Shown here piece after piece: positions 51,971-64,000 of a stretch of DNA of 64,000 bases. Numbering within the stretch: the stretch's first letter is position 1; each line of letters starts with the position of its first letter. The stretch comes from Octopus vulgaris (lineage: Eukaryota): positions 53,692,001 to 53,756,000 of the forward strand of contig OX597819.1 of assembly GCA_951406725.2 (NCBI GenBank), read 5' to 3'. The translations under genes and the position numbers were made by a program. The notes under the pieces were generated by a model. That model searched no databases. It saw only the letters and a program-made list of their open reading frames with translations, and was not told the origin of the DNA.

Positions 51971-53270
51971 GTTTTCAACAGTTTCTTCTTTTCGTATTTG
52001 GAGATAGTACCAGGCTGGTATCATCGTGTTCTTGGAGTGTGTAGCAGCATTGTTAGTTTTGTTTTGCTGTGGGGATTTGTGTTTTAGTATTTCATCTATT
52101 CATTGAATAGAGTTATGTGCAACGTGTGCTGTGTTGTTTTGGTCAGTCGTGTTCGTATGAACTGTGTGATATAGAGTTATGTGTTTTACAGTCGGACGCT
52201 GATTGCGTTATGTAGGCTGTGTTACGTTACTGAATGGCGATTGTGTAGAATGCAAGTTGTGCGTGAATTATTATTGGTGGTGCTGCCGCCGCTGGTGACA
52301 TTACAATCACCACCGTTATCACAACCACTACCCTAACACATACCGCCACCATCACCGCCGCCGCCACCACCACCACCACCACCACCACCACCACCACCAC
52401 CACCACCACCACCACCACCATCATCATCCCTGTCAAGAGGAACTATGACAGCAGTTTAACGCAAGATTATGTTTGCCATAACCGCACCACCACCATCATC
52501 ACCGCCCCACTATTCGTACCACCATCACTTCCACCATCACCGACATTATAACCACAATATATCTAACAATCGATGATTACCTGTTAATTTTTTCTCTATA
52601 TTTTTTATCAAAAGACTCCACCATCATGAATATTTTTACACAAAATGATTTTTTTCTTAATGCACTATTTTTCTTCAAAAAGAATAAATAAACAAACACA
52701 CAATTCACTGGTTTTTACGTAGTATGTAAATATGCACGTATTTCACAGAATTTTGTTCTATATGTGTTGCATTTATCAGATATTTTGTGCTACATTAATA
52801 TGACAAGGGTGGATTGCTCTGGCTGGCATGTTCTGACATGTTCCCTTCTGCAACAATGAAACATTGGCCTCATCTGCTATTGGATTTTGGAATTAGGTTT
52901 TTGCAATTCTCTACGGAATTTACAACCATCTGTTTAATCACACGTGAGCTGCCATCTGCATTCTGTCTGTGCGTTGCGGTGATTATATTCGTCGATTTTG
53001 TTGTTAAAACAACAAAATTTCGAAGGCTTCCCCGACGTTAAATCATTACATAGCTGGCCCCGTGCCGTCAAAAATGACGGTTAATTGTAGTATTTTATAT
53101 ATAAACAAGGCACAAAATAAAGTACATAATAATCACAGATACAAACATTGGCATACTTCCCTTGCACACGCACACGCATAAACACATATACTCACGCAGA
53201 GTTGAAACGCTGTTTGATTTTTCTTTTCGGCGTTGAATGTTCACCATCCCACTTCCATTGCATGCACGCA

Positions 53271-53338
<68 letters not shown>

Positions 53339-53554
53339 TCACATGACCCAATTTTGCATACACACTCATATACTCACGCAGAGTTGAAACGCTATTTGAT
53401 TTCTTTTTCACCGTTGAACTTGCATCATCCCACTACCAAGTTTGCCATCACCCCTTCCTTATTCTTCTATCACCCCTTCCTTTCTCATTCGTATGTTGTG
53501 ATGGACAAATATACAAGAGCATTATTATAGTATATATATATATATATATATATA

Positions 53555-53858
53555 TCACGTAATCACGTGACCGACCAGGCCATCAGATGTTGCTACACAT
53601 CGCTGGTCACAATGCGCTTCGCATTGTTTTAGCCTTCAAATGACGCCACCCCGCAGGCTAAGCGAGCAGGCCAACAGAAGAAAGAGTGAGAGAAAGTTGT
53701 GGTGAAAGAGTACAGCAGGGATCACCACCACCCCCTGCCAGAGCCTCGTGGAGCCTTAGGCGTTTTCGCTCAATAAACACTCACAATGCCTGGTCTGGGA
53801 ATCGAAACTGCGATCCTACGACCGCGAGTCCGCTGCCTTAACCACTGGGCCATTCCGC

Positions 53859-53860
<2 letters not shown>
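53555..53860 (-). mobile_element. SINE family C, full length
   Basis: Consensus match. Confidence 0.9.
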
Positions 53861-53893
<33 letters not shown>

Positions 53894-53949
53894 TATATAT
53901 ATACATACATATGTATATATACATATGTATATATGTATATATACATATG

Positions 53950-54018
<69 letters not shown>

Positions 54019-54792
54019 CATGTATATATATATTATATACATTTTTCTATATATATATGTATGTATGTATGTTGTGTTGTGGTGTGTGTGTGTGTGTGTG
54101 TATGTATGTGTGTGTAGGTGTGGCTGTGTGGTACAAGGTTTGCTTCCTAATCAGTTGCTTCCGAGTTCAGTTCCACTGCATGGCACCTATATGTGCACTC
54201 TCATAGATTTACTTTACATATTTATATACACCTATGGATGTGCATACATATACATATGTATATACGCATGTGTGAGTATGTGAATGTATGCACGTTCGCT
54301 TGTTTGTTTTCATTTTTTTAGATCGATGAATTCAGTAAAATACGTTATCTTTTACTCGGAAAAGGAAAGAGCAATACTGGGAAAATGGCCTACAACGAAA
54401 GAATAAAATGAAAGTGTGTGTGTGTGTGTGTGTTTTTGTGTGTGTGTGTGTGCATACACATACACAAACACACACACACACACATATATATTGTCGTTAA
54501 CATAACATCAATATATATGTTAAATGAACGATAGTATTTTGAAAACAAGGGTTTAATATTTAATTTCATATAGATTTTTTGTGTGTGTATGTTTGTGTTT
54601 GTGAAACTGATAAAGTAAATACGATTTACGATAATAATTCGCAAGTTTTATTCTGAGGCCAGCGTCATTCGGAGCAAAATCCTTTGAAGGCTGATTACTG
54701 CCTCTGACTGTCACTCACTCCCTCTCCGTTTGTTGTTTTACTCTTCTTTCCCCGAAGTGTAGCCGATAGGATACATTGCGTTTTACTATATG

Positions 54793-54829
<37 letters not shown>

Positions 54830-54841
<12 letters not shown>

Positions 54842-55016
54842 AATGCTCGAAATACGAGAGTAGAAAAACAGCTAACAACTGATGAAGGGTCGTTCATTAT
54901 ATTGTTTGCCTTGTTTTCCATTTGTGTCTTTCGCTGTTCGAAAAAGTAGTTCATATTCCATGTGCTCGTACTTCGTTCTTTTTTGTTGTACACGTTTCGT
55001 GACATCCTGTGCCCAC

Positions 55017-55020
<4 letters not shown>
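54830..55020 (+). mobile_element. Penelope-like pLTR (permuted-HHR family) between (TA)n tracts
   Basis: Close to 56773-56960; begins TTGTTG directly after the TA run. Confidence 0.75.
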
Positions 55021-55084
<64 letters not shown>

Positions 55085-55087
<3 letters not shown>

Positions 55088-55476
55088 GGAGTGGCTGTGT
55101 GGTAGGTAGCTTGTTTACCAACCAGATGGTTCCAGGTTCAGTCCCACTGCGTGGCACCTTGGGCAAGTGTCTTCTACTATAGCCTCGGGCCGACCAAAGC
55201 CTTGTGAGTGGATTTGGTAGACGGAAACTGAAAGAAGCCCGTCGTATATATGTATATATATATATATGCGTGTGTGTGTTTGTGTCTGTGTTTGTCCTCC
55301 TAGCATTGCTTGACAACCGATGCTGGTGTGTTTATGTCCCCGTTACTTAGCGGTTCCGCAAAAGAGACCGATAGAATAAGTACTGGGCTTACAAAAGAAT
55401 AAGTCCCGGGGTCGAGTTGCTCGATTAAAGGTTGTTCTCCAGCATGGCCGCAGTCAAATTACTGAAACAAGTAAAA

Positions 55477-55480
<4 letters not shown>
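55085..55480 (+). mobile_element. SINE family A, full length
   Basis: Consensus match. Confidence 0.9.
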
Positions 55481-55516
<36 letters not shown>

Positions 55517-55599
55517 GTATAGATGTATGTACATATACGCATGTATATATGCATATATATATACGTATAGATGTATGTACATATACGCATGTATATATG

Positions 55600-55637
<38 letters not shown>

Positions 55638-55640
<3 letters not shown>

Positions 55641-56228
55641 ATAAAACGGTAAGATAACAAAAGAAAGAAAGAGACCTCAATATTATGTAAATAGAGGAAA
55701 TTTATCTATACAATATGTTACATTACTCGGTAGTCAAGATAAAACTCTGAGTTTCAGATGCCGAAGTGGAAATCCACAACACCATCTCTTCGGTTATCTG
55801 GCTATTTGAAAACGTTATGAAAAAATACCCTTTTTACGCTTAATTACATCAGTAATTTTCTGCAGAAGTTTCTTAGAGTAAAAATCCTTTGATGGGATCG
55901 GTATATTTTTCATAGAATAATCTATGTGATATGCGTCCATATTAGATTCTTTTGTTTGTGAGAGTCCTCAACCGATGTTAGGCGATAATCCCAAAAAGGT
56001 CGTATTAGCTCTTAGTTGAGAATAACGTCGTCCGGGAGGTGATTTATTGATAAAACGGTAAGATAACAAAAGAAAGAAAGAGACCTCAATATTATGTAAA
56101 TAGAGGAAATTTATCTATTTTTTCATAACGTTTTCAAATAGCCAGATAACCGAAGAGATGGTGTTGTGGATTTCCACTTCGGCATCTGAAACTCAGAGTT
56201 TTATCTTGACTACCGAGTAATGTAACAT

Positions 56229-56235
<7 letters not shown>
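55638..56235. mobile_element. Young Penelope-like insertion with direct and inverted repeats and two hammerhead-like motifs
   Basis: About 72-bp direct repeat (55638, 56047); about 120-bp inverted repeat (55706-55826, 56115-56235); HHR-like motifs at 55737-55799 (-) and 56144-56206 (+). Confidence 0.75.
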
Positions 56236-56284
<49 letters not shown>

Positions 56285-56766
56285 CACATATATATATATG
56301 TATATATATATTATTTATATTATTATATGTTTGAACGCCATGCATCCTCTTCCAATTAAGTTTTATCTTAATAATTCTGATGCGCTCTCTATACGATCTT
56401 TTTACGCTTTAATTTCTCTCTCTTTCTCTCTCTAATTCTTTTACCTCCTCTTATTCCACTATTCCATCCTATTACTCTGTCACTCTCTCCTCCACTCCTC
56501 CTATCTTGCTCACATGGCTCCTACGTGACCATCGGCCATCTTTCTTCTAACTTGTGCTTCGTTCTTTCTCTCCATTGTAGCTGGAACAAGGAAAACGTGT
56601 TCTTGTTTGTCTCCTGTCCAAGCTTGATTTACGCGTTCGCCACCACAACCTCGTTTAGGCTTAGCAGCCCTTCCTTGTTGTTTTCACTGTCCTGTTTGCG
56701 TTACCAATTTTGACCTTCTGCAAAATCCCAAATTTTATTCAATTTTCTTTACTGTTTTATCTAAAG

Positions 56767-56835
56767 CGTATATTGTTGTTAAATGCTCGAAATACGAGAG
56801 TAGAAAAACAGCCAACTACTGATGACGGGTCGTTC
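56767..56835 (+). ncRNA. Non-circularly permuted hammerhead-like motif in Penelope-like relic (about 56330-56962)
   Basis: CGTA-TA-TTGTTG-TT-AAATGCTC-GAAA-TACG...CAACTA-CTGATGA-C-GGGTCGTTC. Confidence 0.62.
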
Positions 56836-56999
56836 TTTATGTTGCTTGTCTTGTTTACCATTTGTGTCTTTCGTTGTTCGAAAAAATAGTTCATATTCAA
56901 TGTACTCGTACATCATACTTTTTGTTGTACACGTTTCGTGACGACCGGTGCCCACATATGCATATATGTATGTGTATATATATATATATATAACAAAAT

Positions 57000-58150
57000 G
57001 TATCGACGCATTTCAGACTTTCAGTGTTCGCTGGCCAGTCCTGCATCAGCAGAGTGCATCATAATTCAAACTAAAACTTCACATCCTAAAATGGTGCAAT
57101 CGAAAGTGCATATTAGGTATGTGATGCTATGGGAGTTTGGGAATAACAAAAACGCTTCAGAAACAGCAAAGAAAATTTGTAGTTTTTATGGCCAAGGTGT
57201 CATTACTGATCGCCAAGTCCGAACTTGGTTCTCAAAGTTTTGTTCTAAAGATAGATAAATCCTTGTCAGATGAACCCAGACCAGGACCATTATCAGACTT
57301 CAATAAGAGAACTGATGGAATGCAATCCCTGCAAAAGCACTCGAGATTTAGCACTTGACCTCAACGCATTCCAATCCACAATCTGCCGCCATTTGGAAAG
57401 GATTGGAAAAGTGAGCTAGTTGGACGTTTGGGTTCCTCATGCTCTTAGTGAGGAGAATAAAGAAGATCGCATATCCATATCGATATGTCTTCTTTCAAGA
57501 CAGAGAAATTATTTATTTTCCAAGCATATCGTTACAGGTAATGAGAAGTGGATCTTTTATGACAATGTTCAGCACAAAAGGCAGTGCGTTGACAAGGATA
57601 AATCTCTGCAGCCTACCCCAAAGACGGAGCTTCATGGAAGAAAAGTTATACTGTGTGTATGGTGAGATCAACGCAGTATTATCCATTTCGAGTTATTAAA
57701 TTGCAATCAGACACTAATTGCAGATTTATACTGTCAACAGCTGCAACGCCCCGCACTGGTCAACAGGATGAACGTTGTGCTTCTTCATGATAACGCAAGG
57801 CCACACTAGGCAAGAATCACGCAGAAATATTGGACTCAGGCTGATCTGTTCTACCTCATCCACCATATTCACCAGATCTTGCACCAAGTGAATTCCACTC
57901 TGAATAGTAAAAATGCTCTGAATAGTAAAAATTTTTCTGAAGAAGACCAGGTAAAAATTTTCGTGGACAACTTCTTCAGCTCAAAACCCTATGAATTTTA
58001 CCTTAGAGGAATCAACAAGCTAGTTCTTAAATGGCAAGAGGTGATTGACAAAAATGGCGAATATACTATTGATGGAAATTATTCAACTGTTCAGTTATTC
58101 TCGACTAAATATATTTCACAAAAACGGAAATTATTTGTGACTCAACCCAA
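57000..58150 (+). mobile_element. Decayed mariner; 3' TIR present, 5' TIR not found
   Basis: Transposase from 57091: WFSKF, DEPRPG, WVPHAL, IVTGNEKWIFYDN, HDNARPH, HPPYSPDLAPS; 3' TIR AAAACGGAAATTATTTGTGACTCAACCCAA followed by TA. Confidence 0.88.
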
Positions 58151-58234
58151 TATATATATATCCTCGGTCGGCCCGAAGCTATAGTATAAAACATTTGCCC
58201 AAGGTGCCACACAGTGAGACTGAACCCGGAACTC

Positions 58235-58267
<33 letters not shown>

Positions 58268-59172
58268 AAATTCTATAGTCATTGGTGTTGCAAGTTACTG
58301 TCCGGCTGGATGAAAAAATCCTTTATATGGAACACCAGCACTGTCAGATTAGAATATTATCTCCCGACGAATACCACTTTAAATTTGCCTTTCACGACTT
58401 ATTTACATTCAATATGATACATAAATGGTTATTTTAATCTCATATTGCTTCTGTTGCATATAACGGATATGTGTGCGTATTTGTGTATGAATATACAGGT
58501 GTATATGTATATATATATATATATATATTCACTCATATATCCAATATTGTGTGTGTACATATATACCTACATGCATGCATGCATACATACATACAAGCAT
58601 ACATACATACAAGCATACATACATACACATGCATGCGTCTACCTATAATGCAGTTATGTTACTTTTGAGTGCTTATTGTTTGCTTTCATAGTGCTCTGTG
58701 AAGGTTAACGTGTATGTTTGTTTGTTTGTTTGTTTGTGTGTGTGTGTGTGTGTGTGTATGTGTGTGTGTGTGCGTGCGTGCGCACTTTTGTCTATTAATC
58801 CCTCTAATTATGATTTAACTATTAATATAAAAAGCAGCTGAGATATACATAGAACCGGTTGTAGCAAATCTGAGACGGAGAATAGAAGCAAATATAGTAG
58901 TCTCGTGAACAGATCGTAAATGTACGATAATGTATTATCTGTTATTGTATTATTTTGTATATGTTGATGCATGGATTGCTATATGTATGGATACATTGAT
59001 GCATTAGTCACTATGGGTATATATAATGTTCTGCTACGACGCTACCAAATTACAATGTCCCAACCTCTGTGCGATTTATTAAAAATTATATGGGCCAAGA
59101 AGGTAAATCAAGGGATTAAGTTACTCTTACAGTTCTATATTTAAGAGATGACTACGCTATATGCCTACGGGC

Positions 59173-59220
<48 letters not shown>

Positions 59221-59232
59221 AATAATGATAGT

Positions 59233-59444
59233 AATCTCAAGTTTTAAAACAAACATAATTTTCTTATGGTTTCTTAAACATTCTCTAGAACAATACTATG
59301 TACAAAACCAAATATATGGCACCTTAGGCATAACACTAGCATGAACTTCCAACTTGTTGTCTCTGGAGGTCTCTGCGTGAGACTTGGAGCCAATTTGTAC
59401 AAATGTATAGCAAAAGTCAAACATAAAATAATAATAATAATAAC

Positions 59445-59520
<76 letters not shown>
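59233..59520 (+). mobile_element. Dong-like LINE 3' UTR fragment between (AAC/AAT)n tracts
   Basis: Homologous to 51688-51970. Confidence 0.7.
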
Positions 59521-59523
<3 letters not shown>

Positions 59524-59571
59524 TCGAAAAATACCTTGAGAATGAGAACCCAGGTTCGAAATTTCCTCCAA

Positions 59572-59617
59572 GGCACCTGAAGAAGGCTGGAGGGTATATC
59601 AGCCGAAACGTTGTGTT
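59572..59617 (+). ncRNA. Canonical minimal type I hammerhead ribozyme motif (Penelope-type)
   Basis: GGCAC-CTGAAGA-A-GGCTG-loop-CAGCC-GAAA-CGTT-GTGTT; palindromic AACGTT stem III. Confidence 0.72.
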
Positions 59618-59934
59618 AACAACAAACAAGATGAGGACAAATATCCGTCGAATGTAAATAATGAAAATAAGTTACTCTTGTCTAAAAGCTCATAACCGTT
59701 ATCATCGCTGTCGTCGTCGTCATCATCATCATTACCATCAGCATCATCATCATCAATAAATGCACATGCTAGTTGATGTTTTTTTTCTTTTCTACGCATT
59801 TCTCACGAATCGTTTTTTTTTTAGTAATATTGTATCCCTCTTCGTTCAAATGCTACATATACTATTGTCAGCTTTACTTACAAACCACACGCGCACGAGC
59901 GTATGTGTATGTATTTGAATATGTTCTATATTAC

Positions 59935-60342
59935 TCTCTTTTACTCTTTTACTTGTTTCAGTCATTTAACTGCGGCCATGCTGGAGCAACGCCTTTAGTC
60001 GAGCAAATCGACCCCAGGACTTATTCTTTGGAAGCCTAGTACTTATTCTATCGGTCTCTTTTGCCAAACCGTTAAGTTACGGGGACGTAAACACACCACC
60101 ATCGGTTGTCAGATGATTCTGGGGGGAGGGGGGAACAAACAGACACACAAACATATACACACATACATATACTCATATACATATATACGACGGGCTTCTT
60201 TCAATTTCCGTCTACCAAATCCACTCACAAGGCTTTGGTTGACCCGAGGCTATAGTAGAAGACACTTGCCCAAGGTGCCACGCAGTGGGACTGAACCCGG
60301 AACCATGTGGTTGGTAAGCAAGCTACTTACCACACAGCCACT
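59935..60342 (-). mobile_element. SINE family A
   Basis: Consensus match. Confidence 0.9.
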
Positions 60343-60717
60343 GAATTATTTACTCATTGAATTAACCATGTAAGTGGTTGAATATTCCACAGACATGTGT
60401 ACCCACAACGTAATTCTCAAGCAGAATCAGTGTGCTCTAACGTGTTATAAAGGCTGTACCAATGAATTACAAGTACAATCCATCCGACGGGCTTCCATAC
60501 AGTTTCCGTTTGTCCACTTCCACTTGCTATGCACGAATCGATCTATGAGTGTACAAAGAACGTGACGTACACTTAAACTACCACGCATTGATATCGAATC
60601 CAAGACCGTGTACTTGCGAAGGGAACTTCTTAGCCATTCGTCCATATTACGCCTATTTACATGCGTGTGTGCCTATATACATATACGAGCTTATATATTC
60701 ATTTATACATGTATGTA

Positions 60718-60787
<70 letters not shown>

Positions 60788-60796
60788 TGTAAGTGT

Positions 60797-60942
60797 AGGC
60801 GTGGCTGTGTGGTTAAACGCTTGCTTCCCGACCACATGGTTCCGGGTTCAGTTCCACTCCATGGCACCTTGGGCAAGTGTCTTCTACTATAATCTCGGGC
60901 TATAGTATGGTCCTGTGTGTATATATATATATATATATACAC

Positions 60943-61030
<88 letters not shown>

Positions 61031-61290
61031 GTAAAAAGGTTGAGTTCTATTTCATCCTTTACTTTTCTCACACCATATATGTGTGTGCGTGTGTGTCTGT
61101 GTTTGTCGCTCCGCCATCGATTGACAACCGACACTGATGTGCTTATGTCACCGTAACTTTGCGGTTCGGCAAAAAGAGACCGGTAGGATAAGTACTAGGC
61201 TTATAAAGAATAAGTCCTGGGGTCGATTTCTTCGATTAAAACCCTATTTTAAGGTGGTGCTCCAGTATGGCTGCAGCCAAATGACTGAAA
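60797..61290 (+). mobile_element. SINE family A with internal deletion and TA expansion
   Basis: Head 60797-60900, tail 61080-61290. Confidence 0.8.
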
Positions 61291-61374
61291 CAAGTAAAAG
61301 AATAAAAGAACACACACACACATTTTAAAATAAAATAACCGTACGTGGCGTTCCATTGAATAATAAATTGAAAA

Positions 61375-61570
61375 AAAAAAAACAATAGATACACAAACAA
61401 ACGGGAAACAGATACAGAAGGTCACCAAATTCTCGTCAGTCATTGACGAGAGGGTCAAACGCAATTGCACTCCTTAAATTTTGCGTTTGACCCTCTCGTC
61501 GATAACTGATGCGAAGTTGGTGACCCGTGTCTGTATCCCGTTTGTTTATGTATTTATTATGTTTTTTTAA
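61375..61570. repeat. About 85-bp-arm palindrome, probable Penelope-like head-to-head relic
   Basis: 61390-61463 is inverted at 61481-61552; the arms carry CTGACGA and CTGATGC. Confidence 0.65.
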
Positions 61571-61703
61571 CTCGGAATTTTAATTCTGATTCTTCTACAT
61601 ACACATCTTGTCAAACCGTCCAACCCAAGCCAGTATAGCAAAAAGGACGTTAAATGATGATGGCGATATATATATATACAGGGAGAGAGAGAGAGAGACA
61701 GAG

Positions 61704-62014
61704 AGGGGAGCAATGGCCCAGTGATTAGGGCAGCGGACTCGCGGTCGTAGGATCACGGTTTCGATTCCCAGAAAGGGGCGTTGTGAGTGTTTATTGAGCG
61801 AAAACACCTGAAGGTTCACGAGGCTCTGGTAGGGGGGTGGTGGCGATCCCTGCTGTACTCTTTCTCCACATCTTTCTCCCACTCTTTCTTCTGTTGGCCT
61901 GCTCGCTTAGCCAGCTGGGTGGCGTCATTTGAAGGCTAAAACCATGCGAAGCGCATTGTGACCAGCGATGTGTAGCAACATCTGATAGCCTGGTCGGTCA
62001 CGGTGATCACAGTG
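61704..62014 (+). mobile_element. SINE family C, full length
   Basis: Consensus match. Confidence 0.88.
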
Positions 62015-62066
62015 ATATATATATATATATATGTACATATATATATATATATGTACATATATATAT

Positions 62067-62421
62067 ACTCTTTACTCATTTGACTGCGGCCATGCTGGAG
62101 CACCGCCTTTAATCGAGCAACTCGACCCCGGGACTTATTCTTTTGTAAGCCCAGTACTTATGCTATCGGTCTCTTTTGCCGAACTGCTAAGTAACGGGGA
62201 CATAAACACACCAGCATCGGTTGTCAAGCAATGCTAGGAGGACAAACACAGACACACAAACACACACACGCATATATATATATATATATACATATATACA
62301 TATATACGACAGGCTTCTTTTCAGTTTCCGTCTACCAAATCCACTCACAAGGTGCCACGCAGTGGGACTGAACCCGGAACCATGTGATTGGTAAACAAGC
62401 TACTTACCACACAGCCACTCC
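62067..62421 (-). mobile_element. SINE family A with internal deletion
   Basis: Deletion between CACAAGG and CAAGGTGCC (microhomology). Confidence 0.85.
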
Positions 62422-62433
62422 TATATATATATA

Positions 62434-62477
<44 letters not shown>

Positions 62478-62794
62478 AATATACCCTCGCTATACGCATA
62501 TATATGTGTATATACCTGCACACCCATGTGATTACACATGAATACATACACAGAAAATGTAGGGGTGTGTCTACCGTACATATATTTGTATTTTTGTGTG
62601 CGTCTGTATGTATGTGTGTACATATGTGTGCTTGTGTGAGTGCGTATGTGTATATATACCAGTGCGTGTGTGTGTTTTCATTACATTTATGTAATCTTAT
62701 GTTGTTTTCCGTCTGTATTTAAAAATGTTGGTAGTCGGTTGTCAATTTAACAAGTACTAGTAGTGGTGGTGGTGGTGGCGGTGGTAGTAGTAGT

Positions 62795-62801
62795 GATAAT
62801 G

Positions 62802-62840
<39 letters not shown>

Positions 62841-62851
62841 TTAATATCAAT

Positions 62852-62907
<56 letters not shown>

Positions 62908-62966
62908 TAAAAATAATAATAACGATTACAATAACAATGATAATAATAATAATAATAACAACAATG

Positions 62967-63027
<61 letters not shown>

Positions 63028-63086
63028 TAATAATAAATGATGATAATAATAATAATAAAAGCAACAACAACAACAATAACAACAAC

Positions 63087-63133
<47 letters not shown>

Positions 63134-63165
63134 TGATGATGATAATAAATATAACAATAGTAATA
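62795..63165. repeat. (AAT)n-dominated compound microsatellite
   Basis: Direct observation. Confidence 0.95.
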
Positions 63166-63667
63166 AAAGGCTCGCAAATCCATGATTGTGCTATATACGT
63201 CTCCCCCTTTAAACATATGCATCAAATGTACTTTACTAATACATTGAATACTGGTGTGCAAATGCCTGGTCGCGTGCACGTAACATGGCAATTTACTTAG
63301 ACGCGTGCGCATTTTCTTTACAGGTCGAGCTTGGAACAAATAGAAACGTGTTATCGATCGTAAAAAAGCAAACGTGTATAGCCGTAGTAACATGTTTTGG
63401 AGAGGATGTGTGTGTAAGTAAGTGGTGCCGCTATGCTTCTGTGTCTACATGCTTTAAATGGCGCTTCTGGGACTGTCGTTGACTGGTGTTGAAAAGATTT
63501 ATATGGTTTACAAAAATAAAAAGTAAAAATAGTAACAAAATTGCTTCTGTACATCCATCTCAGAATGACTACTATTGCCAGTCATATGAAGGTAGTATGC
63601 TTTCAAACGGACAGCAATGTTAATAACATGTATCGGTCCCCAACATTAACACCAATAATAATAAAAA

Positions 63668-63798
63668 TGGTTTCAAATTTTGGCACAAGGCCAGCAACTT
63701 TGGGGGAGGGAGTAAGTTGATTACATCGACTCTATTACTTAACTGGTACCGATTTTATCGACTCCGAAAGGATGAAAGGTAAAGTCGACCTCGGCAGA
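63668..63798 (-). mobile_element. SINE family B (tail type 2), 3' half
   Basis: Core and GGCCTTGTGCC tail. Confidence 0.8.
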
Positions 63799-63823
63799 AC
63801 TAATAATAATAATAATAATAATA

Positions 63824-63865
<42 letters not shown>

Positions 63866-63925
63866 CTAATATTTTTACCCCAGTGTCACTCACTTTGATG
63901 GCATGCACTGCTCTCTCACTCAATG

Positions 63926-63991
<66 letters not shown>

Positions 63992-64000
63992 GATGATAAT

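Noticed and set aside
53175-53435. About 70-bp diverged direct repeat flanking (CA)n
   Set aside because: Simple local duplication with no element hallmarks.

Overview
AT-rich, repeat-saturated, essentially non-coding animal genomic DNA. The tRNA-derived SINE repertoire and microsatellite load suggest an octopus or other coleoid cephalopod, which is an inference from pattern recognition, not a database match. No intact host gene was found, and nearly all listed ORFs are microsatellite or SINE artefacts; there is one candidate exon at 38.5 kb. The window holds four tRNA-SINE families with swapped 3' tails, four decayed Tc1/mariner-superfamily transposons (two with both TIRs and TA flanks), a Helitron 3' end with a nested HINE-like element, several MITEs, and LINE relics of the L1/Tx1, RTE and RLE (R4/Dong-like) types. 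It also holds about a dozen short Penelope-like pLTR relics, mostly in (TA)n and often as head-to-head inverted arms. Many of these carry hammerhead ribozyme (HHR) motifs: canonical minimal type I cores, core variants (CUGUNGA, CCGANGA), and, most notably, a family whose three hammerhead segments are in a non-circularly permuted (pseudoknotted) order, with compensatory base changes between copies. Coordinates of degenerate repeats are approximate and were read by eye.
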